A stretch of 64,000 nt of DNA from Lama glama. Lineage: Eukaryota. This document shows positions 1 to 11,779 of the stretch, in pieces. The stretch lies in the NCBI GenBank assembly GCA_028534125.1, contig CM052817.1, positions 80,912,001-80,976,000 of the forward strand, written 5' to 3'. How positions within the stretch are numbered: position 1 is the stretch's first letter; each line of letters opens with the position of its first letter. The notes below the pieces were generated by a model. That model saw nothing but the letters and a program-made list of their open reading frames with translations, did no database searches and was not told the origin of the DNA. The position numbers were made by a program, and so were the translations under genes.

Positions 1-133
1 TTTTAATACATTCTCTTCTTAAGTTTATATAATTTAGTATTTAAAAATGTCTGTATTTAAAACTAGCTAGAAGAATTCTTGAAAATTGAACTATTGACTC
101 TTAGGGGTTGGTACAATCTTATTCCAGCACAAT

Positions 134-385
134 ACTGGTTTTATCCTAGGAATGCAAGATTGATATAACATTTTAAAATGAGCACTATAATACACAACAT
201 CAACAGGATAACAAAGAAAAAATCACGTAGTCTTTTCAATAAGTGAGTAAAAATATCTGATACAATTCAATAGTCATTGATAACAAAAACTCTCAGCTAT
301 CTATAACTTTCAAAAGTAGCCTCATCAATGTGATAAATGGTATCTGCAAAAACCTTACAGCTAACATCACAGTCAGTGATGAAAA
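134..385 (+). mobile_element. Old L1 (L1M) ORF2 fragment
   Basis: ggttttatcctaggaatgcaagattg...acagctaacatcac resembles the L1 ORF2 RT region (GFIPGMQGW...PTANI), heavily decayed. Confidence 0.8.
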
Positions 386-1684
386 TGGTGGTGAGATACG
401 GGTAAGGCATGGGTAAGTCTGCAATAGTACTAACTGACCAGGGCAATAGGACGCAAGAGCAGAACAATGAGTTAGTTGATGGCAGTTATACAGAAACTGA
501 AGTTACAGCAACACTTTGGAAGCCTCAAGCTTCATAAAATTAACATTTATGTGAAAGGAATGGACTTACAAGTCCTATGAGGTAGCAACAGAGACTTTCT
601 TACACAACAAGACGCTGCTTAAGAGCTAGAGGCTCAGATGAGAATCATCTCAGACCGTGCAGTCAAGTTCCTGTACCAACCAAGAATCAACAGGTTGGCA
701 TTCCAGATTCTGCAACCGCAGCTAGTCTGAGACAGTGCGGCTTTTCTTTTGAGTCTGGTAGAATTACTGCATTGTTGGGAAGGTAACTCCAGGAAATTAT
801 AAAAAGCAAAAGTTAGCAAGAAGAATTACAGTGATGCAAAAGAAACTTAAATCCAGAATATTAAGTTTATATCTTCTTTCTATGTAATAACATTTCTGTG
901 TTTTTTCTTCTAATTATAATGTATAATGCATTTAAGAGAAATGGATAGGCTAGATTTAAAGTTTTAATTGGATGTTTTGAAGGATTTTATTAAGTAGTTT
1001 TGCAGATAATGAGGAAATTTGTTAAATACATGAATTTTTATTTGTTAATTTTATAAATATTGTGGCTACTTAGAGGAATGCTGTTTGTTTAATGTTAAGA
1101 AAATGTTAATGTTTAAATAACAAAATAAATATATTATGCATTAAATAGGAGAGGTGGTGATAAATTTCCATATCAGTGTGTGACAATCCATTCAGACATC
1201 GACAATTCCATCGAAAATATAGACAAATGTTTAAATTCAAGGATGTTCATCCAGAATTATTCATAATAGTAAATATTATCTAATGATCTAATCTAGGACC
1301 CTAGGTGAGCAGATTAGCACTTATAATCATTGGATACTAATAAAATAATTTGTAGAAATGCTATACAAAATATTCAATATAAAGAAATATGTGAAAAGAA
1401 CAAAGGAGAAAATATTGTATATAATATTTAAAATTCTATTATAGATAGATGTTCAAATAAAATTTTGTTTCTTAGTTTAAAGGCCAGCCAGCGAGAAAAT
1501 ATGATTTTTTTTGGTAAGAATCTGTCAAGTCATAGAATAGAATAGACTATAAAGATCTAATAGCACAAAATTTTCCATTTGTAGTTTTTAAAAGCCTGTG
1601 TTCATAAAAGAAGTCTGGAAATAAGTGAGAAGTGCAAAATTCATTTATTAGGAATATTTTTTAACTTGGAAATACTTGTTTATG

Positions 1685-1755
1685 GTACAAACTCCCCCCA
1701 AAAAAATTTTCTCATAATTATATGTTACATGTGTACACGAACCTATGTATGTACA
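1685..1755 (+). repeat. ~70-bp segment duplicated in direct orientation at 2362-2429
   Basis: gtacaaactccccccaaaaaaattttctcataatta...acctatgtatgtaca matches gtacaaactcccccaaacaagattttctcataatta...acctatgtatgtaca. Confidence 0.95.
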
Positions 1756-2009
1756 TCTCTTTCTGCCCTGGTCATAAAACTCCATACATGTTCTTTCTTA
1801 CTCTTGTTTGGGGGGACTTTGGGGCCACGTAGGTAAGCTAGTGACACAACCAGAAGGAAGGAGATGGATGCTAGAGTCATCACATAAAGAATATGACCAA
1901 AGGCTTGAATTCGAGGTGACCTAAGTGAGACATGAAACTCTGTCATGTTAAACCACTGAGACCTGCGTTTATTTTGTTACCCTAACAAAGCCTGGCCTAT
2001 CTTAATACA
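1756..2009 (+). mobile_element. MaLR LTR (MLT1J-like), 3' half, inverted relative to the rest of the element
   Basis: Ends with the MLT1 3' terminus (aaaccactgag...ttgttacc...gcctatcttaataca). Its reverse complement continues into 2590-2717. Confidence 0.75.
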
Positions 2010-2183
2010 GTGTCCTGATATGGAAAATAGTCATTGAATTGTGCTAATGGAAGACAGTGGAAGATGAAAATGACTGAGTTGTTACGTGGTGGAATGAAGT
2101 GAGGATCTCAAACATGAAAGATAATTGCTTTGATTGATTTTAATAAATCATATTTTTCTTTTTAAATTGCAAAAGACAAATTC

Positions 2184-2589
2184 ACACTGAAGAAAAAAGG
2201 CATTAACAAAAATACTTAAATCATATTTATTCTTTCAGTCCAAAATAATTACTGTTAATATTTTTCATATGAGATTCTATTATTATGTGCTTGCATATGT
2301 ATGTATATGCACTTACATATGTACTATATATAGTATATACCCTAGTATATATATGTGTGCTGTACAAACTCCCCCAAACAAGATTTTCTCATAATTATGT
2401 GCATATGTACATAAACCTATGTATGTACAGTATACATATATACTACGGTATATACTGTATACAGTACATATACATACATATGCAAGCACATAGTAATAGG
2501 TCATATGAAAAATATTAACAGTAGTTATTTTGGACTGAAAGAATAAATATGATTTAAATATTTTTGTTAATGCCTTTTTTCTTCAGTGT
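2184..2589. repeat. Long inverted repeat: arms 2184-2366 and 2424-2589, spacer ~57 bp
   Basis: acactgaagaaaaaaggcattaacaaaaat...tgtaca is the near reverse complement of tgtaca...atttttgttaatgccttttttcttcagtgt, with a few substitutions and small indels. Confidence 0.97.
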
Positions 2590-2717
2590 TCCTATCCTAT
2601 TGGCCAGAATTGTCATATAGCCCCAATATACCTGGAAGGGAGGCTCGGAAATGTAGCCTTCCTGTGTTCCCTGAAGGAGAAATGGGATCAGTGCATGCTT
2701 AGTTAGCTTTTGTCAAA
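2590..2717 (-). mobile_element. MaLR LTR (MLT1J-like), 5' half
   Basis: ctattggccagaattgtcatatagcc...gaagggaggctcggaaatgtagcc matches the antisense MLT1J motif cattggccagaac...gcaagggaggctgggaaatgtag. Confidence 0.8.
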
Positions 2718-3920
2718 GCTCCCCCTTCAGATGACTAAATAACACTTTCACGCTCCCTCCCATACCTAGAACATATATTGACCCTTTTTAAGAGGGACAA
2801 CTCAAAGTACTACCCAGTTATTAAATCCAATATAAAGTTTGCAATATTCAGGTGTATTAGTACCAATAAGGGGTATGCATATATTTCAAGAGAAAGATTT
2901 ATTTTAAGGAATTGGCTCACATGATTGTGGGGTTTGGTTAGTTTGAAATTTGATGCGGAAGTCCAAAGGGCTGGAGACTCAGGGAAGAGTTCAGTTTGAG
3001 TCCAAAGACAGTCTGCTGACAGAATTCTTCCTTGCTCAGGGGAGGTCAATCTTTGTTCTAGTAAGACCTTCAACTAGTTGAATGAGGTTCACCCACATTA
3101 TGAAGGGTAATCTGATTAACTCAAAATCCACTGATTTAAAAGCTAATCTCATTTAAAAAACACCATTACAGAAACATTTAGAAAAATGTTTTTGATTGAA
3201 TACCTGGGCACTATGGCCTAGTCAAATTGACACATGAAATTAAGTATCATCTCAAGTAATAAACCATTCTGTTACAGAGTTTGGAGATGGTACCTCTCAG
3301 TGTAGTCCCTAGAAGTTAAAAGACAAGTTATTTAGCTCATTTCTGTGCTTTTTTGTCTTCAAGCCTCTCTCTTTTGACTTAGGGACAGCTACTGTAGCCT
3401 ATCTGGAAACAAAACAAATGAGGAGAGCATACCCTTAATCTCATCTTTTCCTAGGTTCTGTTTATTCAATTGAGAAGTTTTTTTTACTGGACCATTATTG
3501 CCAATAGCATCCAAAGAACCCACTTTCCACTCCTTCAGGTTTAGAAGCAGCTAGATTTCTTCAAACTTGCAATGTTCCAAGTTCTTTTCCCTGAGATAAT
3601 CACTTACAAACTAGACAATTTTTTTCTAAACTCATCCTTTTCCTGTAATAACTTGTTAAACACAGCCAATAATAGTCAAAACACAATAACATGGTATTTT
3701 CCAGGCTTTCCCCCTAGAGCTTTTCACTCGGCAGGCACATGGTCTGCCTCTCAAGTTATTGCACGAGACAGCTTATCCAAATATTTTGTCACTGTGCAAC
3801 ATAGATTGTCAACTGCTAAGCCCCTCATATCAGTTCCTTTGCTAATTCTACCTGTGAGCAAAGTCAGTGCCCTGTATTTTAGGTTTGTTACATCACTGCT
3901 GTAATTCAGGTGTCAATTTT
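2718..3920 (-). mobile_element. MaLR internal region (MLT1-int), interrupted by an MLT2 LTR
   Basis: Lies between two MLT1J-like LTRs. Ends in ggtgtcaattt next to the right LTR, like the MaLR-int/LTR junction. Confidence 0.6.
2853..3251 (-). mobile_element. ERVL LTR (MLT2 family, MLT2C/D-like)
   Basis: tgtattagt...aaggaattggctcacatgattgtgggg...ggcctagtcaaattgacacatgaaattaa. 5-bp TSD-like tcagg/tcaag. Confidence 0.85.
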
Positions 3921-4200
3921 TGGAATAGACACGATAGAATAGGCCATGCTGCAATAACAAACAAATCCCCCAATCTCCGTAGCTTAATACAATAAAGGTT
4001 TATTTCTTGCTCATTTCACAGTTTGAAGTGGCTTGGGAGGTTCTTTTTGGCAGCCCTCCTCTAAGCAGTGACTCCAGGCTTCTTCTATCTTGAAGTGTTG
4101 CCATCTTAAACATACAGTTTTCAAGGTTGCCACAGAATGAGAAGACAGAGTGCAACAGAGAGAGAGAGAGAGAGAGAGAAAGTGAAAGGTAGAGGTAGAG
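3921..4200 (-). mobile_element. MaLR LTR (MLT1J-like), second LTR, contains (AG)n at about 4157-4178
   Basis: ggccatgctgcaataacaaacaaatcccccaatctc...aaaggtttatttcttgctca is a typical antisense MLT1J/K 3' end. Confidence 0.8.
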
Positions 4201-5337
4201 ACAAAACTAAACTAAGGGTGAATGTGTAGTAAGTGCCCAAATACTTTAAAGACAGTGATGGACACATCCCCACCAGACCAACAGTGGGGCAGTCTGGTTG
4301 TTTAGCTATCCATCTCCATCATGCCTGAATGACAGTAACTTAGAGAGCCTTGACCAAATTATACAAAGAGATTTTGGGGAAAAGAACACTGTGCTGAAGC
4401 AAAGTGGGAATATCATAGCAGGAGAATTCTTTAAAAAGATCTGAGGAGACTGGCATTTTACTTCCTCACTGGCAGAGTAAGGAGACAGGGGAGCTGTGGG
4501 ATCAGCCTGCAGGTTTTCAGTCTAGCAGGTTTAGGATGCATACACTGTGCTGGGACCAGGTAGAGGCTGGAAGACAGGACTCATTTTGAAAGAGTGACGG
4601 TTGCCAAAGGAGTCAGGGAAAGGCAGAGTACTGAGGGCCCCATTAGAAGGGAACACGGAGAAGAATCAGTGAAAGTATCCCATGAGAGAGCGCCAAAGAG
4701 AATTATTCCTTAGAAGTTGTTTATTTGCTTTAGTTAGGAAAGTGCATATAAAAGTGAAAAACTTATTAACAAGTCTAATTAGGTATTTTAAAACTTCTGC
4801 TTGAAATGATGACAACTGTGTATTTCCCTAGATTATACATGATCTTCAGGCTGACAGAATTTCTGGAAACTTTGCTTTTGTCTGGACTGAGTTGATCCAT
4901 AAACTCATTCAAATATTGCATTATGAATTCACAACATTTATAAGTATATGATATCTGATGGCCTTCGATATCAGACAGAAAAATCTATCCCCCAGACTAT
5001 AAGGTGGTTTTCTTAGCACCAGGATTACATTTCTTATTGTTTCATGGCATTCTCACAATAACAACAAAAAAAGAACAGCCCTTGAGTACATTAATCAGAA
5101 AAATTATTAGTCTGAATCACTGCAATCTGTTCACCTTAAGGTTTCTTACAGAGTCTATGGAATCTATAAACTTGTTTTATATACTTTCTGTTCTTTTTCA
5201 TTTGCCACCATCCTTCTTTTAAGATAAACACAACAACAATAAAGGCATATAAAATTTGTGATGGACAGGTATTTTAACACCAACAGAGTAAAGCAATGAT
5301 CCTGAATTTAAAAAAAAAAAACAACCAAACATACTAG

Positions 5338-5507
5338 CTTTTCTTTTTTCCCCTTCCTTCCCTTGCTTTCTTCTGTTTTCTCCCTTTTCTTTTGTGTTCC
5401 CTTCTTTTTATCTATCTTCCTTCTTCCTTTCCTTCCTTATCTTCGCCTCCTCTTGGCTTCCTTTCCCCCTCTTTACCTATTCTTTTCCTTTCTTCCTATT
5501 TTTTCTT
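5338..5507. repeat. CT-rich low-complexity polypyrimidine tract
   Basis: About 170 bp almost entirely C/T on the + strand. Confidence 0.85.
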
Positions 5508-5529
5508 AAATGAGAACCTCCCCACCCCA

Positions 5530-6304
5530 ACACAGTGTCAGCTGTACTGCTGTTCCTGGCACAAGCACGTCTACTAGGGCAGTATTGCTTGGGGAGGAGC
5601 CAGTGTTCTTCATGAACTGGATCTGCTACAGGGTCCCAGATACTGCAGTCTGCGGGTCCCAGTTACTGGAGGCTGCAGCGCCCAGGGCACAGGACATTCT
5701 GGAGCACACCAGCAGTTCCCTGAATGGCCTGAGCCTGGTGGTGACTTCACAGTTTCAGAAAGAAATTGGGAGGAACTGTGCTGTCAACAACAGGAAGTTG
5801 GTGAAAAATGAAAGATGCCCTTGGGGAGTGAAATGAAGAGCAGATGGCTTTAATTGTTAGCCTTGCTGTGACAACTGACAAGAGAAATTCTGCTCTCTTG
5901 ACATTTAAAAGATACCAGAAATACCAGTGACCACATTCCATGGCTTCTTGAAGGTTTCCATGTCAGGGGGTTCAAACTCCTCTTTATTTTTATTACTGAA
6001 CAGTCCATAAAAACTGCAGGTGATAAGATTCCTGATGGACTAGCCCTCTAATAGTTTGATAAGTCACTGGAATGCACACAGTCTAAGGAAGTGGAGAGCC
6101 ATAGGTGGAGGGAGGCGCTCAGGCAGGGAAGTGCTGAGGGATTTACTTGCTGCTGCAAGGGAAAGTGAGCCCACAGCTCACGTGGAGAACAAGATCCATC
6201 TCTGTAAGCCCATGAGATTTTTTCTTCCTATGGCTCTTTGTAGAAATCTAGTTTAAATTTTTGTTTGTCATACTGTGGAACAGCCCTCCTTTAAAAAAAA
6301 AAAA
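5530..6304 (+). pseudogene. Possible processed pseudogene/retrocopy of an unidentified transcript
   Basis: GC-richer, mRNA-like stretch in AT-rich surroundings. I recognise no repeat family. It ends in A12 at 6293-6304. No clear TSD, and the parent is not recognised. Confidence 0.3.
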
Positions 6305-6734
6305 GGTAAAAAGATTTCTACAGAAGCTCTGAAGAAATGAAGTAAAAGAGAAATAGATGTTAACTCAGATTTACGCTGCCTTATTTGCACAACTTCCGTG
6401 TAAGACCTAGAAGGCTGAAGTATGGAAGACGGCAAGTATAGCCCTAGGTAGAAGGCATGTTCAGAAACAGAAAAATAAATACCCTTAATACTGAGAATTA
6501 GTGATTCTATTACAGCAATATAGGATTATTGGATTGAAGGGTCCCTATGCATTCTCAGGATTAATAAATCTCTTTCTTCCCTAGTGATATGAAAATAAAA
6601 ATATTTAACCATTACTGAAATATTATTTTAAAGGCTATTAAAGTAAGACTTTTGTGTGAAAAATAAGTATTTAGTTTTCAGGCAGATACTATGGTGCCTC
6701 TATGACAACCACAATAACCTAATTTTCAAATTTT

Positions 6735-7009
6735 TTCATTGGGATTTGGTGTATAAATCTCCCAGCAACCCCAGTCCTAGGTGGGATAATGCTATAGCAT
6801 CTTTTCTACATTGGCTCCCAAAGGGTCCCAGCAGAATGCAGTTCCAGTTACCCACACTGACAAATGGCTTGAAAATGAATGCTTTATTGGCCTCCCTCTC
6901 TTCCCTGTCTCAATTCTCCATTCCCCTACTTGTGTTTACTGACTTTATAGCCTACTGGGACTGGAATCTTTGTCTTCGGCCTGATTCGGGAAGAACCCAA
7001 AATAAAACA
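6735..7009 (+). mobile_element. ERVL LTR16-like fragment
   Basis: ggtgggataat...ggctcccaaagggtcccagcagaatgcagttccagttacccaca...gaagaacccaaaataaaaca resembles the LTR16A/C 3' half. Confidence 0.75.
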
Positions 7010-7059
7010 CCTTCCCTGACATACACACCCCTTCCGAGCAGTGTTTTTCACTGTCTTTC

Positions 7060-7540
7060 CACATACCCTGTGAGATCATCCTCATCACACTCTATTTTAA
7101 TCATTTGTTGATTTGTTCTCATTTTTTATACCACTTTTTGAAGTCAAGAACTGTGATTTACTCTCCATATTTGGACCCAAATATAGACAGTACTTACAAA
7201 TGTTGCTGAATGAATGCAAAGTTCTTCCAACTGTGTTGTGGTTCTGATCTACTTAGTCACAAGTCTTTGCATTTCTTTCATATCTCCTGCCCAAACTATC
7301 CACTTCCTACACCATCACCCCCAGCTCAGGCTCCTATAATTTTCTACATAAATTAGTGCAATTGTTTCCTACCTGTTCTCTTAGACTCCAATGTCAGGTC
7401 TCTCTATTTTACACCACACTTCAAACCACAGGACATCAATCATCGTGAAAATGCTGGTGTCACCTTGTCTCTTCCTTCCATAAAATCACTAGTAGTTCTC
7501 ACCAGCTTTTTATGATAGCCTAGCATTTTGCTAAGGTTCT
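7060..7540 (+). mobile_element. L2 fragments
   Basis: L2 3' terminus aaatgttgctgaatgaatg near 7200, followed by pyrimidine-rich L2-like sequence. Confidence 0.55.
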
Positions 7541-7584
7541 CATTTATTGCGTTTTCTCTCTATCTAGATAAATCTTATCTGTTG

Positions 7585-8325
7585 GAGATGTAGTGTCATA
7601 GTGGTTAACAGCACTAGAGGCAGACTGCCTGTTCAAATCTTAGATCTAATGCTGTGTTGGAGGGAAGATGGCCCCTAAAGGACAGCAGGTCCTAATCAAT
7701 GGAACCTGTGAATGTTACCTTATATCATAGACTTTTTACAGAACTGATTAAATTTAAAAGTCTTGAGGTGAGGAAATTATATTGGATTATCTGGCTGGGT
7801 CTTAAATGCCATCACAAACATCCTCCTAAGAGATGCAGAGGGAGATTAGATACATACACACAGACTAGAAAGTATTGTGAAAATGGAACAATGAGAGATT
7901 TGAAGATGTTGGCCTTGAAGACTGCAGTGCAGTGTCCACAAGCCAAGGAATGTTAGGATCCACCAGAAACTGAAAGAGTCAAGGAAGAGATTCTCTGGAA
8001 GAATCTCTGGAAGGAACACTGCCCTGCGAACACCTCAATTTCAGCCAAGTGGTACTTAAGTCAGACTTCTGGAACTGTGAGAGAAGACATTTTTTTTGTT
8101 TTAAGCCACCGGATTTGTGATAATTTGTTACATCAGCTACAGGAAGCTAAAGCATATCCTTTACAAGGTATAATCTTGGGCAACATTCTTTAAACTCTCT
8201 AAGTCTCAGTTTCCTCATCTATAAAATAGTTTGTTACCTCTCAAGGTTATCCAAAGACTGAATGATTTAATGCTTTCAAAATCCTTAGTAGTGTAACTAG
8301 CACATCCTGAACATCAATAAACATT
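7585..8325 (+). mobile_element. MIR split by an MLT1D-like LTR
   Basis: MIR head (gtcatagtggttaacagcac...ttcaaatc) before 7653 and MIR core (ctcagtttcctcatctataaaat) after 8155. Confidence 0.8.
7653..8154 (+). mobile_element. MaLR LTR MLT1D-like
   Basis: ggtcctaatc...ggaacctgtgaatgttaccttata...ttttaagccacc...tttgttacatcagctacaggaagctaa. Confidence 0.85.
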
Positions 8326-8834
8326 ACTTTTTTTCCAGAGTACTTTTAGTGTTTGTCTATTCATTTGATTCTCTGTTTTGAAGAAGATAAAGACCTCTAC
8401 ATATACTTTAACAATGTATAATATTTCTTAGTATTGTATTATTAAACTTTAATATTTATTGAACAGCACTTATTTTTAAGACTAATTTCCAAGGATACAA
8501 TGTAGAGTAAAATATGGTGACTGAAATCAATGGCTGTAATACCACAACCATTTTAAGTGACTTAGGGTAAAAGAAAAAAAAAAACTTTACAAACTAATTT
8601 TTTCCAGATTTCAGAACTTACTTAACTAATACATGGGATGTGTCTGCATATATATATATTTTCTTTTTTCTCTAAGTATCAGTGAATTGATCAAATTTGT
8701 ACATTTGAAATATTTTCATCCTTGCCCAAAGCAAATCAAATATTCTATTTAGTCTTCTTTAATATGTGGAAATTCTACAGTATAGAGGTATAAGGAAGCT
8801 CAAGCACCTCTATCAATTATCCTGCAATTTCCTG

Positions 8835-9088
8835 TTTAGTTGCCTGTGTCTACCAATGAAGGTGAACTTCAGGACTTCACACTGCTCTGTGCCCAGGGCA
8901 TGGTGTACTTGCCAAGGGCATTTAATATTTATGTAAGGACAATGCTCTTCAGTACCTCTGGCTGGTACCTCTGTATAACTTCTCAGACCCTGGCCAAAGA
9001 TACCAGTGGAAGATGCAGCTGTCCCAAGTAGACTTTAATAAACTTCATGCTTTCCTATTGATTGCTTGGTGGGCCTTCTGATACTACA
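8835..9088 (+). mobile_element. Probable old LTR 3' fragment, family not assigned
   Basis: LTR-like layout with aataaa at about 9037 and a terminal ...taca. Confidence 0.35.
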
Positions 9089-9939
9089 CACAAATTTTGA
9101 GGAAAGAGAAGTTGAGGATCCTAGCTCTGACATAGAAACACTACACCCCAGCATTCCCTAAGTTTAATGTTGGTGACTATCAGGAAAGCAAATATTTCAC
9201 GCAAGGGTAAGCCCTCTAATTGCGTTTGTGTTGAATGCCTGCCAGATCCACGTAGAGGGTTCTATAGGCATTTTTCGGATCTCACCCTCTCGTCTGAGTC
9301 CATTTCAAAAGTGCCTGGGGGTGGAAGAAAAGGGAAGGAAAGTCGAAAGCACAGGAAGACAGGCAAGGGGGTCAAGGGAATGGAGGCAAGAAAAGGAACA
9401 AGTGAAACCCTCTTGGGAAGGGAAGCTATGTTTCATTTTAGTTGCTTGGTTTGGAAGGAAGCCTGTAGAATATTGAATAACATAAGAAAACACACTGCAG
9501 ATTTCTCTTCTCAGTTTCTCTGAATGTATGTAGAATTGCATTAGTAAAACCCAAAATGAAAACTCTTGTGAAATTGTATTAATACTATATTTAATTACTT
9601 ATAATTAGTAAAGTAAAATTCATTTAAAAAGCCATATAATTTCACCTTTGGGAAATGAAGTACTAAGTTTCTTTTAATTTGTTAGCAAAGATTGATTTAA
9701 GTTAGTTGTTTGCTAGTAATTTTTCTTTCTTACTTTTTGCCAGTATATTAGAGAAGGAATTGTAAAAACACATTTTCATAAAAAGAAAAAAGTGCAACAA
9801 TATTGTTCATGTGTCTTTTAAGTTTCCACTACTATAAGAGAATAACAACATAAAATAAGTACTAAGAAAATAATTTACCCCATGGACAGTTTTAAATGAG
9901 GTCTCCAAGTCTTGCTTGATTAATAATTGGATTATTTGA

Positions 9940-10085
9940 ACTTGGACATGATTATTTGCTAAGCTTCATTTTTCAGAGCCCAAACTGAGAGTAAAAATTA
10001 CACCAATTTTACAATTTTTTTGTGAGTATTAAGTGTACATAACTTAGAGGGCAAATACATAGTAACTACTCAACAAATATTAGCA
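9940..10085 (+). mobile_element. MIR fragment
   Basis: Degenerate core with 3' end tagtaactactcaacaaatattagc. Confidence 0.55.
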
Positions 10086-10229
10086 TCATCCATTATCTTT
10101 GAATGCTTTCACCCTAACTAGGGAAGCAAACAGCAAAAGTAAAGATAAACAGCAAATATTGTAGATTTAGTTATCCGTGTGAATTATTTGCATAGCTGAT
10201 GGACAAGCAACAGATTTTTGAGATAAATG

Positions 10230-10648
10230 TTTCATTTATTAATTCAATATTATTGAGTAACTATTATATGCTGAGCACTGTTCTAGGAGATCAAGTTCCA
10301 GTAGAGTTAACATTTCAGTGCTGGAACACAGACAATGACCCCGTAAAAAATGAACGAACAATGTAATAACAGATGGTTTGATAGATGCATAGAAGACAAA
10401 AGTAGGGTAAGGGAACAGTTGGGAGAGGTATGTTGTAGTATGGGATAGCCAGATTTAGTAGAGGAAAAAAAAATCCAAGACTCTGAGTTAAATTTGATTT
10501 TCAAATAAACACCAAATATTTTAAATTATAAGTATGGCATAATGTACTAAAAATTATTTGTTGTTTAATTGGAAATTCAAATTTAACCGGGCATCCTATA
10601 TTTTTATCTGGCAACCCTACAGAGGAGTGAGGTCTGAAGATGAGACTG
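10230..10648 (-). mobile_element. L2 3' end, interrupted by MER53
   Basis: ttcatttattaattcaatattattgagtaactattatatgctgagcactgttctagg is an antisense L2 tail. Confidence 0.7.
10441..10619. mobile_element. MER53 palindromic hAT-type MITE with its centre deleted
   Basis: TIRs tgggatagccagattta / ttatctggcaacccta and internal gttaaatttga / tcaaatttaac match MER53. Confidence 0.9.
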
Positions 10649-10649
10649 A

Positions 10650-10955
10650 TTTTTATTTTTCTTCCAGCTTTATGGAAGTATATATGACAAATAAAATTGC
10701 AATATGTTTAAAAGCGTACAATGTGATGATTTGATATATGTATACTTTGTGAAATAAGTCCCACAATCAAGTTAATTAATGTATAATTAACTCCATCACC
10801 TCACATAGTTCTCTTTTTGGGGAGGGTGGGGGGAAGACCACTTAAGATCTCCTCTCTGAGCAAATTTCAAATATACAATATAGTGTTATAAACTACAGTC
10901 ACCATGCTATATATGTGCTCCTCAGAACTTATTCATCTCATAAGTGAAAATTTAC
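10650..10955 (-). mobile_element. L1MA-type 3' end
   Basis: ccagctttatggaagtatatatgacaaataaaattg...ctcagaacttattcatctcataagtgaaa. Confidence 0.85.
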
Positions 10956-11779
10956 AGATATTTTCACACAGATGTGCATTTTGCCCAGTTTTCAGTGGAG
11001 GGGTGGAGGGGTGCACTTCAGCTGTCATGATTTTCCCTTGCTCACATCTAAAAACACTGGCGTTCTGCCATGGTCATGCAAATCCAGTCCTGTTTTTCAC
11101 TATAGCTGAAGTGTAAAGAAGATTTCCGTATTGTCAGGCAATAAACACAGAGCTTATGTCTGCCTATACTGAAAAATACAACATGCTATTGAAGGAAAAA
11201 TCTATTAAACACTTTTTGAAAGTTTAATATAAAGATTTCTATGAATATTTTCCTTTTTAGTCAGGAGTAATGTAGTTTTATGGTGGTGGCCTAAACTAGA
11301 AATCACCACTGGTCACAACTGACTGTTGAAGGTACAATCTTTGGTATGTTCATGTTTCTCTTGTTTAAGAATTAAAATAACCTGTAGTGAAATGTATATA
11401 ACATCAGCTTTGATTGAGTCTGGAACTCTCCATCCTTATCCTATAATCAACTCAGTTCATTACTCCATTGAATGCTGAAGTCCACGTAAACCAAATGCCA
11501 GAGAAGCCCTGGACAGGCCTACTACAAAGACTTGGAAAAGGCTGGATTTGTGTGATCATGGACTGAAATCTATGCTTCCGAATACTGGTGGAAAAGCCAG
11601 CTGCAGAGGTCTGGCAGGCTGGGATCAAATTTATACCTGCACAGCTTGAGAGTTTGAGTGGTTTTGTTTTGTTTTGTTCTTCTCTTTTAGGTTTCCAAGA
11701 GAAGTACTACAATATGAATGTCTTTGACTTGAGGAAATGCAAGCTGTTTCCTGCTGAACCTCTTCTAGGATATGGGCAG

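Noticed and set aside
400..880. Moderately complex unique-looking stretch with short open frames
   Set aside because: Frames are interrupted, I recognise no protein, and there is no poly(A) or TSD.
2285..2518. Overlapping Tyr/Ile-rich ORFs on both strands
   Set aside because: They are a product of the TA/TG-rich inverted repeat and carry no coding signal.
4806..4889. Box C (ATGATGA) and CTGA motifs suggesting a C/D snoRNA; similar motifs at 14360 and 16451
   Set aside because: No terminal stem or the spacing is wrong. These motifs are expected by chance.
5768..5810. GGTVLST peptide resembling the SUGT1 C-terminus
   Set aside because: Flanking residues and spacing do not match SUGT1, so it is treated as chance.
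10441..10619. MER53 as a miR-1302-type precursor
   Set aside because: The central segment that supplies the mature sequence (ttgggacatacttat...) is deleted in this copy.
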